From assembly GCA_944336125.1 (NCBI GenBank), contig CALVLA010000002.1, positions 87,301 through 151,300 on the forward strand: 64,000 nucleotides of DNA, given 5' to 3'. Positions 33,884-43,213 of the stretch are shown here, in pieces. The notes beneath the pieces were generated by a model. The model saw nothing but the letters and a program-made list of their open reading frames with translations. It was not told the origin of the DNA and made no database searches. Within the stretch, counting starts at the first letter, position 1. Every line of letters starts with the position of its first letter. Source of the stretch: an uncultured Clostridia bacterium (lineage in GTDB: Bacteria; Bacillota; Clostridia; Christensenellales; CAG-314). The translations under genes were made by a program, and so were the position numbers.

Positions 33884-34324
33884 TCAAAGATAATATTCCA
33901 TAATAATGGTCGTTCCCACGCCGACCTCCGACAAAACCGTAAGTTTGTCGCTGTATTTTTTCATGTTGGGAAGTCCCATGCCTGCGCCGAACCCCATAGC
34001 CCTGATCCTGTCGCTGGCAGTGGAAAAACCTTCCTGCATGGCTTGTTCGATATTTTCGATGCCCTGTCCCGTGTCCTTCATGGTAACGGTGATTTTGTCG
34101 GGACAGATAAGCACGTCGGCTTTGCCGCCGTTTGCATGAATAACCATGTTGATTTCGGCTTCATACATGCTTATCGAAATACGTCTGATGAGTTCTTTGT
34201 CGACACCCAGCCTTTTAAGACGCGATTTCGTATCGACGCTCGCCATGCCGGCGCTGTCAAAATTGCCGCCGTCCACGTCGTATGAAAAAAACATACATTC
34301 GAGCCTTTTTTCACTCATCTTCAT
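33884..34324 (-). CDS. Anti-sigma-factor-like Ser/Thr kinase (RsbW/SpoIIAB-type GHKL domain)
   Basis: 146 aa. N-box YEAEINMVIHA, G1 DTGQGI and G2 GFGAGMGLPN. Confidence 0.75.
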   Translation of the reverse strand: MKMSEKRLECMFFSYDVDGGNFDSAGMASVDTKSRLKRLGVDKELIRRISISMYEAEINMVIHANGGKADVLICPDKITVTMKDTGQGIENIEQAMQEGFSTASDRIRAMGFGAGMGLPNMKKYSDKLTVLSEVGVGTTIIMEYYL

Positions 34325-34664
34325 CCCCTCTCATACCGCTTTCGAAAAGCAAACCGCAAGCGGTAAACATATTGTGTCTGCACTTCAAAACGGCGATACC
34401 GTTTTGCTGCGCCAACTCAATAGATTTGGAATCCGGATTTTTGTTGCGGACGAAAATTATGCAGCGCATGTCCATCATGGCGACGGTACGAACTACCTGC
34501 GGATTGGCCAAACCCGTAAGCAAAGCTCCGTCGCTGTCCTTAACGTAAGCGAGAACGTCGCTCATAAGGTCACATGCGAAAGCATTTGTGACATCGATGT
34601 CTTTCATGTCCTCTCCGCAAACAAAAGATGCTTCAAGAATTTTTGCAACTTCGGAAATTTTCAT
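34311..34664 (-). CDS. DRTGG domain-containing protein
   Basis: 117 aa. First gene of the cluster. Its stop overlaps the start of the kinase-like gene. Confidence 0.6.
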   Translation of the reverse strand: MKISEVAKILEASFVCGEDMKDIDVTNAFACDLMSDVLAYVKDSDGALLTGLANPQVVRTVAMMDMRCIIFVRNKNPDSKSIELAQQNGIAVLKCRHNMFTACGLLFESGMRGDEDE

Positions 34665-34697
34665 GAGGTTTTCCTCTCAAAAAGTATACTTTTAATT

Positions 34698-34726
34698 ATT
34701 TTAGCATAAGTCAACAGCCATTTCAA
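34698..34726 (-). promoter_or_regulatory. Candidate sigma-A promoter for the regulatory-module and hydrogenase cluster
   Basis: On the minus strand: TTGAAA, 17 nt spacer, TAAAAT, about 34 nt upstream of the GAGAGGAAAA RBS and ATG at 34664. Confidence 0.5.
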
Positions 34727-34794
34727 GGTACTGGCGATTTTTTTGCAAAAGTAGTATTTTTGACGTTATGCAACAAATTTTTAACGAAATAATG

Positions 34795-35496
34795 TCAAAA
34801 GCGGAGCAAAAGCAGGCAATTTGCGGCGGATTTTCTTACGGAAGCGACGTTTTCCGACTGCGAAGCAGAGTAAAGCGACTCTGCCGATGTCTTTACTTGC
34901 GAAATAATTTGGGAAAAAAGGTTGCCGCCGCTTTCATAACACAAAGTAAAAAGCTTTTGCGAGGCAGACGAGGCGGTTTTCGAAAGATCGGAAAAAGAGC
35001 ATTTTCCGTCGTCATAAGCCGCAGTTTTTTCGTGCAATCCCTGATATATAGTTACTATTTCCTCGCAGATGTTTTTTAGTGAGGAACACTCACTCGAACT
35101 TGAAAGTCTTAAAGTTTTTGCGCCCAGCTTTATATCAAGTTTTTCCGCTTTTTCTCCCGAAGAAACAAGATTTTTTACAACTGCGTCACAGTCGGCTTCG
35201 CCCAAAAAAATTTCGGCTAGCACAAAGTAACGTTTCCCGTCAAAAAAAACATTTCCGCCCCCTCCTCTTTGAAAAACCGACTGCGAAAAAACCTCCGCCT
35301 CATTTTCCTTTTCAAAACTCCCCAGCGAAACAGCGTAGCAATCGAGAGGCTGTATATAGCAAATATACTCTCCCCCTTTGACTACAAAAACGTATCCGCA
35401 AAGGGCAAAAAGAAAAAGCCCCGCTATCAAAGCCGCCGCAAGGCTTTTTTTCAAAACGTCGTCTTTTCCTTTTTTCCCGTAAGAACTTTTGAACAT
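34795..35496 (-). CDS. Hypothetical membrane-anchored protein, possibly with a SPOR-like domain
   Basis: Start moved to MFKSSYGKKGKDD because the tracked extension covers the comEB terminator. It has one TM helix (AAALIAGLFLFALCGYVFVV). The segment YAVSLGSFEKENEAEVFSQSV...YFVLAEIF resembles a SPOR repeat. Confidence 0.45.
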   Translation of the reverse strand: MFKSSYGKKGKDDVLKKSLAAALIAGLFLFALCGYVFVVKGGEYICYIQPLDCYAVSLGSFEKENEAEVFSQSVFQRGGGGNVFFDGKRYFVLAEIFLGEADCDAVVKNLVSSGEKAEKLDIKLGAKTLRLSSSSECSSLKNICEEIVTIYQGLHEKTAAYDDGKCSFSDLSKTASSASQKLFTLCYESGGNLFSQIISQVKTSAESLYSASQSENVASVRKSAANCLLLLRF

Positions 35497-35514
35497 ACTT
35501 AATATATATGTAAC

Positions 35515-35547
35515 AAAAACAAAAAACCGCCTTTCGGCGGTGTTTTT
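35515..35547 (-). terminator. comEB intrinsic terminator
   Basis: On the minus strand: ACCGCC-GAAA-GGCGGT followed by TTTTTGTTTTT. Confidence 0.7.
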
Positions 35548-35551
35548 AATT

Positions 35552-36013
35552 TTAATTGTCAAGTTGTTCTTCGTATTTGATTACTTCAACCCCGGCTTCC
35601 GACAAAAGCTCGAGAGAAAAATTGTCAGGGTAGCCTGAATTGTAAACTACCTTTTCGATACCCGCGTTTATGATAAGCTTTGCGCATATCACGCAGGGCT
35701 GATGAGTAACGTACATCGTCGCCCCCTTAATGTTGACGTTGAGCCTGCCTGCCTGAACTATCGCGTTTTGCTCGGCGTGTACCGCATAGCAAATTTCGTG
35801 GTGAGTTCCGCTCGGAATGTTGAGTTTTCTCCTCAGGCACTCCTTTTTGTCTTTACAGCTGACAACACCCGAAGGCGCTCCGTTGTAGCCCGTGGTTACG
35901 ATACGCTTGTCCTTTACTATGACGCAGCCCACCTGCCTGTTTTCCTGAAAACAACTGGACCAAGTCGCGACAAGCTTTGCCATATCCATAAATCTTTTGT
36001 CCCACTTGTTCAT
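35552..36013 (-). CDS. comEB: dCMP deaminase (ComEB-type)
   Basis: 153 aa. HAEQNAI and PCVICAKLI are the zinc-binding deaminase motifs. Confidence 0.9.
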   Translation of the reverse strand: MNKWDKRFMDMAKLVATWSSCFQENRQVGCVIVKDKRIVTTGYNGAPSGVVSCKDKKECLRRKLNIPSGTHHEICYAVHAEQNAIVQAGRLNVNIKGATMYVTHQPCVICAKLIINAGIEKVVYNSGYPDNFSLELLSEAGVEVIKYEEQLDN

Positions 36014-36196
36014 AAACTCACCTCGAAAATCATTTTATCACATTGCGGCATCAAATTCAACGCATTGCCGATAATTTAAAATTTGACAAAATTCCCCTTT
36101 TTTCGTCAATATGTTTTTTCAGCAAAAAAACCGTTTGAGTACACCGCTTTTTTAAAAAAAATTATAAAAAAATGCTTTTTGCTTAGCATAAATTTG

Positions 36197-36224
36197 TTGA
36201 CAAAATGTAAAATTGTTTTATAAT
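36197..36224 (+). promoter_or_regulatory. Sigma-A promoter of groES-groEL
   Basis: TTGACA, 16 nt spacer, TATAAT, directly upstream of CIRCE. Confidence 0.7.
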
Positions 36225-36228
36225 AAGT

Positions 36229-36255
36229 TTAGCACTCGGAAATAGCGAGTGCTAG
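36229..36255 (+). promoter_or_regulatory. CIRCE operator of the groESL operon
   Basis: TTAGCACTC-GGAAATAGC-GAGTGCTAG. Differs from the consensus at one position. Confidence 0.92.
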
Positions 36256-36292
36256 CAATTAATCAAACATCAATCTTTATGGAGGGTGAAAT

Positions 36293-36577
36293 ATGAAACT
36301 TAAACCTTTATTCGACAAAGTCGTGCTTGAACCCGTTGAAGCCAACGAAAAATCGCAGGGCGGCATTTTGCTTCCGGGCACAGCTCAGGAAAAACAGCAA
36401 ATCGGCGTTATCGTAGCAGTCGGCAACGGCGGCATGATTGACGGCAAGGAAGTAGTAATGCAAGTCGAAGTAGGACAAAAAGTTCTTTACGCAAAATATT
36501 CAGGTTCTGACTTCAAATACGAAGGCAAGGAATACGTTATTATTCGCCAAAGTGACATTTTGGCAGTTATGGAATAA
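36293..36577 (+). CDS. groES: Co-chaperonin GroES
   Basis: 94 aa. MKLKPLFDKVVLEP...GGILLP. Confidence 0.97.
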   Translation: MKLKPLFDKVVLEPVEANEKSQGGILLPGTAQEKQQIGVIVAVGNGGMIDGKEVVMQVEVGQKVLYAKYSGSDFKYEGKEYVIIRQSDILAVME

Positions 36578-36588
36578 TATTTCCTTAA

Positions 36589-38223
<1,635 letters not shown>

Positions 38224-38231
38224 TAAAAAAC

Positions 38232-38259
38232 AAAAAGTCGGTTAAACACCGACTTTTTT
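38232..38259 (+). terminator. groEL intrinsic terminator
   Basis: AAAAAGTCGG-TTAAACA-CCGACTTTTTT. Confidence 0.75.
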
Positions 38260-38265
38260 ATTGCA

Positions 38266-38293
38266 AAAGCGTGCCGCACGGCACGCTTTTTTT
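38266..38293. terminator. Second, bidirectional terminator (groEL / divIVA-like gene)
   Basis: GCGTGCC-GCAC-GGCACGC flanked by AAAA and TTTTTTT. Confidence 0.65.
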
Positions 38294-38870
38294 AATCGAT
38301 AATTCCCAAGTCCTTGCAAAGTTCTTCAAGCGATTGTTTTACGTCGAGTATTTCTTCCTGAGTAATTTCGCCGCAAAGTTCATCGCAAGCGTCGGCGGCG
38401 GCCACTTCCTCAAAAGCAGAGTCTTGCTCCAAAAGCGCCTGCACTTTGTCGATAGGTTTTTCCTCTTTTGCCTCGTCGCCGTAAATCGCCATTATTTTCG
38501 AAAGTTTGCCGCTTATTTCCCTGGCTTTTTCAAGCTCTTGCGGTGCCGCTATCGCCATGGCGTTTTTTACGTAAAGCGTCCATTTGTTTCGAAATTCCGA
38601 CAGTCTTGCCATTTCCTCGGCAAACCTGTTTTGGGCTTTCCTTTTTAGTTTTGCCGCTTCCTTCTGCGCTTCGATTACCGCTTCGGCAATCTGATTTTTG
38701 CTTCTTTCAAACTCGGCAAGCTTTTCATTTAGCAACTCGTTTTGTTCTTTAAGATGAATTGCTATTTCCTTTTGCTCAGCCAAAGTGTTGTTGAAGTTTT
38801 CGTTAAGCTTAAAAATATACTCGTCGACTTGTCTTTTATCATACCCCTTTTTTTCGGTATCGAATTTCAT
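38292..38870 (-). CDS. DivIVA domain-containing protein
   Basis: 192 aa. N-terminal FDTEKKGYDKRQVDEYI motif followed by a long coiled coil. Confidence 0.7.
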   Translation of the reverse strand: MKFDTEKKGYDKRQVDEYIFKLNENFNNTLAEQKEIAIHLKEQNELLNEKLAEFERSKNQIAEAVIEAQKEAAKLKRKAQNRFAEEMARLSEFRNKWTLYVKNAMAIAAPQELEKAREISGKLSKIMAIYGDEAKEEKPIDKVQALLEQDSAFEEVAAADACDELCGEITQEEILDVKQSLEELCKDLGIID

Positions 38871-40288
38871 TTTTTTCCGCCCTTTGCCAAAAGCTCCTGC
38901 TTAACGGCATAAAGTTTGTCCGACAAATCCACCTTGTATATTTGCGGTTTGTTTAGTCTTTTGTATTCGCTCCAAAACTCGTTCAAGCTGTTAGTGCAGT
39001 TTGCCTGAAGTTCCGCCACGCTGGAAAAAGGCATGACGACTTTTCCGTTTTTGATGACGTCGACATAAAGCGGTTTTACGAAATAATCGGTAAAAGTAAT
39101 GCTTTTCCATCTTTCGACGGGGTGTGTCAACGTCAGCGGTTTTGAAAAATCAAAGGTTTCGTCAACCTTGCATATAAGGTCGGCAACAGCCATTTTTGTC
39201 TGCCCGTCGTAAATGCGGTAAATCTGCTTTTCGCAAGGATTTGTGATTTTTACGACGTTGTCGGAAATTTTTAGTTTAGGCTGACCGTCAAACTCCGCTA
39301 TTTTGTAAACGCCTCCCAGCGACGGATTTGAGTGACTTGTTATGAGCCTTGTACCCACGCCGTAAACGTCAATTTGCGCTCCCTGCACGTAAAGCGACTC
39401 TATCGTATACTCGTCCAAATCCCCCGATACGAAAATTTTGGCGTTAGGAAAACCCTCTTTGTCCAAAATTTTTCTCGTCTGTATGGTGAGATAAGCAAGG
39501 TCGCCCGAATCGAGTCTTACGCCCACAGGCTCACAGCCGCGGTTTCTCAATTCTTTAAAAACCGTTATTGCGTTAGGCAAGCCGCTTTTCAAAGTGTCGT
39601 AAGTATCAATCAAAAGCAAGCAGTTTTCAGGGTAAAGCTGGGCATAAGCCCTAAAAGCCGCAAGTTCGTCAGGAAAGGACATAACCCAGCTGTGAGCGTG
39701 AGTGCCTTTAGGGTCTGTTCCGAACATCTGCGAAGCAAGCACGTTACTTGTTGCCGCGCAGCCGCCTATTATAGCCGCCCTTGCGCCGTAAACTGCGGCG
39801 TCAGGTGCCTGCGCCCTTCTGAGACCGAATTCCAAAACGCCTTTGCCTCTTGCGGCTCTGACCACTCTTGCCGCTTTTGTCGCAATGAGAGTCTGAAAAT
39901 TCACTATGTTAAGCAAAGCCGCTTCCAAAAGCTGTGCCTCAAAAACAGACCCTTTGATAATCATCAACGGTTCGTTAGGAAAAACGACCGTTCCTTCGGG
40001 AATCGCCCTTATGTCCCCATGAAATTCAAAATCGGCAATTTTTAGCAAAAAATCTTCGTCAAACGTTCCCAATGAGCGAAGATACTCTATCTCTTCTTCG
40101 TCAAACTTGATGTTTTTGATATATTCTACGGCCTGTTCCAGTCCGCAAGCAATACAAAACGAACTTTCGTTTCCCTCACGGAAAAACAAGTCAAAAACGG
40201 CCGTTTTATCTGCCATTCCGTTTTTGAGGTAGCCGTTCATCATCGTCAGCTCATAAAAGTCGGTAAGAAGCGACAAATTTTCTTTCAT
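38867..40288 (-). CDS. pncB: Nicotinate phosphoribosyltransferase
   Basis: 473 aa. LLTDFYELTMMNGY start and GTHAHSWVMSF motif. Confidence 0.9.
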   Translation of the reverse strand: MKENLSLLTDFYELTMMNGYLKNGMADKTAVFDLFFREGNESSFCIACGLEQAVEYIKNIKFDEEEIEYLRSLGTFDEDFLLKIADFEFHGDIRAIPEGTVVFPNEPLMIIKGSVFEAQLLEAALLNIVNFQTLIATKAARVVRAARGKGVLEFGLRRAQAPDAAVYGARAAIIGGCAATSNVLASQMFGTDPKGTHAHSWVMSFPDELAAFRAYAQLYPENCLLLIDTYDTLKSGLPNAITVFKELRNRGCEPVGVRLDSGDLAYLTIQTRKILDKEGFPNAKIFVSGDLDEYTIESLYVQGAQIDVYGVGTRLITSHSNPSLGGVYKIAEFDGQPKLKISDNVVKITNPCEKQIYRIYDGQTKMAVADLICKVDETFDFSKPLTLTHPVERWKSITFTDYFVKPLYVDVIKNGKVVMPFSSVAELQANCTNSLNEFWSEYKRLNKPQIYKVDLSDKLYAVKQELLAKGGKK

Positions 40289-40290
40289 AA

Positions 40291-41487
40291 CTACTCCTTC
40301 TGTTCCTCCGCCCTGATTAATTTTTCAGAGGGTTTTCTTTCGGGAAACTGCCTGTCTTTAAACAAACGGTAAAGCCACGTATTTTGTTTAAAGCTCCATT
40401 TTTCGTTGCATTTTTCGCAGAGACAGGTAACCGTTCCGTCCTCCGATGTCTCGCACTTTGCTTTTTCGTTGCATTTTTTGCAAATGGTTTTGCTTTCGTC
40501 GTAAGTGGCAAACAATCCGAAAAACGGAAGCAACGCGACAAGGAACATCGTTGCACCTGCCAGATGAACATTTGCGTCACCCAAAACACTGCAGGCTATG
40601 CCACCCCCCACAAGAACAACAATCAAAGCCGAAAGCAAAACGAAAGTAACGCTTATTCTCTTTTTATCATTTGAAAAAAGCGAAACGTATTTTTGATAAA
40701 GTTCTTTTCGGTAAGTGTAAAGCAATCGGTAAAGCCCGAACAATATAGTAAATACCGCGACTGCCTGCGAAATTTTTATACCTGTATTATATCCGCCTAT
40801 CCAAAGATACAAACTGTCCGAACGCAATGCCTCGATTGTGTACCTTACTATACCGTAATAAATGCCGTAAAAACTTGCAAGCCAGCCCGTTTTGTAATTT
40901 TTGCTTTTGAGTAAAAACAAACTTATTATAAAGCCTATTCCAGTACAAAACGACTCGTAAAAAAATGTGGCCTGATACCATGCACCTTTCGCGTCGATAA
41001 ACACCGCAAACGGAAAAAACTGCCAGTTAGGGTCTGTGATAAGGTTACCGTAAGCCTCTTGGTTTACGAAGTTGCCCCAGCGGCCTATGCACTGAGCGAT
41101 GAGAAGCCCCGGGACAATGCAGTCCATAACCTGAAAAAAGTTGTGTTTTTTAACCCTTGCTACAATCCAGCCTGCTATGTATCCCGCAATGACGCCGCCG
41201 TAGATACCCAGTCCGCCGTCACGGAAATTCCAAAACCTCGACCAATCGCTTTGAGTGCCGTCATACGGAAACAAAAAGAAGTAAAGCCTTGCGCCGAGTA
41301 TAGCGAAAGGTATAATCCACAAAGCGTAGTCTACCGCGTCATAAGGGTCGTAACCTTTCTTTTTCAAAAACCTTGAAAACAACCAAATCGCAACCGCCAT
41401 GCCCGAAACGATGATGATTGCGTAATAGTAAACGTCAATACCAAATATCTTGATACTTGGATTAAAAGCGAGCATATTTTCAATCAT
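40291..41487 (-). CDS. lgt: Prolipoprotein diacylglyceryl transferase with a C-terminal two-TM plus zinc-ribbon extension
   Basis: Lgt core (GARLYFFLF, GGLGIYGGVIAG, GRWGNFVNQEAYG) over roughly the first 270 aa. About 130 extra residues follow, ending in CKKCNEKAKCETSEDGTVTCLCEKCNEKW. Confidence 0.88.
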   Translation of the reverse strand: MIENMLAFNPSIKIFGIDVYYYAIIIVSGMAVAIWLFSRFLKKKGYDPYDAVDYALWIIPFAILGARLYFFLFPYDGTQSDWSRFWNFRDGGLGIYGGVIAGYIAGWIVARVKKHNFFQVMDCIVPGLLIAQCIGRWGNFVNQEAYGNLITDPNWQFFPFAVFIDAKGAWYQATFFYESFCTGIGFIISLFLLKSKNYKTGWLASFYGIYYGIVRYTIEALRSDSLYLWIGGYNTGIKISQAVAVFTILFGLYRLLYTYRKELYQKYVSLFSNDKKRISVTFVLLSALIVVLVGGGIACSVLGDANVHLAGATMFLVALLPFFGLFATYDESKTICKKCNEKAKCETSEDGTVTCLCEKCNEKWSFKQNTWLYRLFKDRQFPERKPSEKLIRAEEQKE

Positions 41488-41536
41488 AGTTTATATTTTA
41501 TCACAAAACGGCATATATGCAACCAATATTTTTTTA

Positions 41537-41564
41537 TTGACAATTTTGTTAAAAACTTTAAAAT
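41537..41564 (+). promoter_or_regulatory. Candidate promoter of the TVP38 gene
   Basis: TTGACA, 16 nt spacer, TAAAAT. The -10 ends 8 nt before the ATG at 41573. Confidence 0.45.
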
Positions 41565-41572
41565 ATCACTAT

Positions 41573-42343
41573 ATGAGTGAAAAAAATTTTTCCACCAAAA
41601 AGAAAGTGGTAAGGACTCTTATAACTGCGGGAATACTTCTCGCATTGATAGCGGCGGTTTATCTTACGCTAAAATTTACCGGAGTTCTTGACCGCTTTAA
41701 AACTGCGGAAGACATCAAGGAATTTATTTTAAGCACGGGAGTGAGCGGCAGACTTATTTTCGTACTGTTGCAGTTTTTGCAGGTCACCTTTGTACCTCTT
41801 CCTGCCATGGTAACAACCGTTGCGGGAACGCTTATTTTCGGACCGTGGGAAACCATGTTTTTAAGCATATTTGCCATTATGGCAGGAAGGCTTTTCGCAT
41901 TTTTCCTGGGCAGAAAACTCGGCACCAAAGTCGCGCGCTGGATGGTAGGCGAAGAAGACACGAAAAAATGGTCTGACATCATAGGAAAATGCAAATACAC
42001 CTTTTTTCTCATGCTGCTTTTTCCTCTCTTTCCCGACGACGTGCTTTGCATCGTGGCAGGACTTACCAGTGAAATCACGTGGAAATACTTTATTTTTGCA
42101 AACCTCATTTGCGTTACGGTTGCCTGCGTGGGAATGTGTTTTTTCGCAAGCGGAATGATTATACCCTTCAGCGGCTGGGGAATTCCGGTGTGGATTGCAC
42201 TGGTTATCATCGCTATTGTGCTTTTTATATTTTCAATCAAGTATCGCGACAAAATCGAAGTTTTCGTGTTTAAGCTCAGCGAAAAAATCAAAAAGAAAAA
42301 AGACGACAAACAGGAAAAAGAAAATGAAAAAAACGGACGGTGA
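41573..42343 (+). CDS. TVP38/TMEM64 (DedA-related) family membrane protein
   Basis: Start set at MSEKNFSTKKK. Multi-TM with FVLLQFLQVTFVPLPA and LFPLFPDDVLCIVAGLT segments typical of the family. Confidence 0.7.
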   Translation: MSEKNFSTKKKVVRTLITAGILLALIAAVYLTLKFTGVLDRFKTAEDIKEFILSTGVSGRLIFVLLQFLQVTFVPLPAMVTTVAGTLIFGPWETMFLSIFAIMAGRLFAFFLGRKLGTKVARWMVGEEDTKKWSDIIGKCKYTFFLMLLFPLFPDDVLCIVAGLTSEITWKYFIFANLICVTVACVGMCFFASGMIIPFSGWGIPVWIALVIIAIVLFIFSIKYRDKIEVFVFKLSEKIKKKKDDKQEKENEKNGR

Positions 42344-42356
42344 CCGTCCGTTTTTC
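42333..42356 (+). terminator. Intrinsic terminator of the TVP38 gene
   Basis: ACGGACGG-TGA-CCGTCCGT followed by TTTT. The stop codon sits in the loop. Confidence 0.65.
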
Positions 42357-42458
42357 TGTATAAAAAAAAGCAAAATGTAAAAACTCACGACATAGCCGTA
42401 CATACACAAACAAAAAATCCAAAACATAAAATAAAGTGTATCGGCTTTGGAGTGAAAG

Positions 42459-42833
42459 ATGATAAAACGAGGACAACTTTATTACGCCGATTTAAGTCCC
42501 GTCATAGGAAGCGAACAAGGCGGCATACGCCCCGTGTTGATTTTGCAAAACGATATGGGCAACAAATTCAGCCCCACCGTAATAGCGGCGGCAACTACAA
42601 GCAGACTGCACAAAGCAAAACTTCCCACTCACATTCCGCTGGAAAAGGAAAAATACTGTCTGCCTAAGGACAGCATAGTGCTTTTGGAGCAGATAAGAAC
42701 TATAGACAAAACCAGACTGCTTGAATATATCGGCGAACTTCCGCCTGAAACAATGAACAAAGTCAATACCGCACTGCTTATCAGTCTGGGTTTTTTCCAA
42801 AACACAAGCGAGCAAAAATTAAAGCAATCATGA
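42459..42833 (+). CDS. mazF: Type II toxin-antitoxin system toxin, MazF/PemK/EndoA-family endoribonuclease
   Basis: 124 aa. [43 protein letters not shown] is close to B. subtilis EndoA. Confidence 0.9.
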   Translation: MIKRGQLYYADLSPVIGSEQGGIRPVLILQNDMGNKFSPTVIAAATTSRLHKAKLPTHIPLEKEKYCLPKDSIVLLEQIRTIDKTRLLEYIGELPPETMNKVNTALLISLGFFQNTSEQKLKQS

Positions 42834-42859
42834 CAAACAGCCGTCAAAGACGGCTGTTT

Positions 42860-43213
42860 TTATCTTATCGCTGCCATAGCTACGGCTATTCCGCCGTCAT
42901 GCGACAGCGAAACGAAAATAATGTTGCCTTTGCTGTCAAGTATGTTTTTTGCCTCGTTTTTAAGCTCAACGTATGGCGCCCCGAAAGTATCGTGAAATAC
43001 CTCGATGTCCTGAAACGAAATTTTTCCGACAAAACCGGTACCCAAAGCCTTAACGACTGCTTCCTTTACGGCAAAAATACCGGCGGCTGTTTCATACTTG
43101 TCCTTTTTTTGCAAAATATAATTTTTTTCACTTTCGCAAAACACCTTTTGCAAAAAAGCATTAAAATCTGTTTTTTCTATACGTTTTACGTCAACTACGT
43201 CAATCCCTACCAT
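42860..43213 (-). CDS. acpS: Holo-[acyl-carrier-protein] synthase
   Basis: 117 aa. GIDVVDVKRI ... FAVKEAVVKALG ... SLSHDGG. Confidence 0.9.
   Translation of the reverse strand: MVGIDVVDVKRIEKTDFNAFLQKVFCESEKNYILQKKDKYETAAGIFAVKEAVVKALGTGFVGKISFQDIEVFHDTFGAPYVELKNEAKNILDSKGNIIFVSLSHDGGIAVAMAAIR

Noticed and set aside
34727-34794. Possible Rex operator (TTGTTAA-N4-TTAACAA type) upstream of the hydrogenase cluster promoter
   Set aside because: The best candidate, TCGTTAAAAATTTGTTG, matches only one half-site. The TTTTGAC...GTCAAAA inverted repeat is separated by about 30 nt and does not fit a Rex site.
42195-42380. 61-aa ORF as a candidate MazE-like antitoxin upstream of mazF
   Set aside because: It overlaps the 3' end of the TVP38 gene in another frame. 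It is a Lys/Ser low-complexity translation of the A-rich gene end, has no RBS, and runs through the terminator hairpin.
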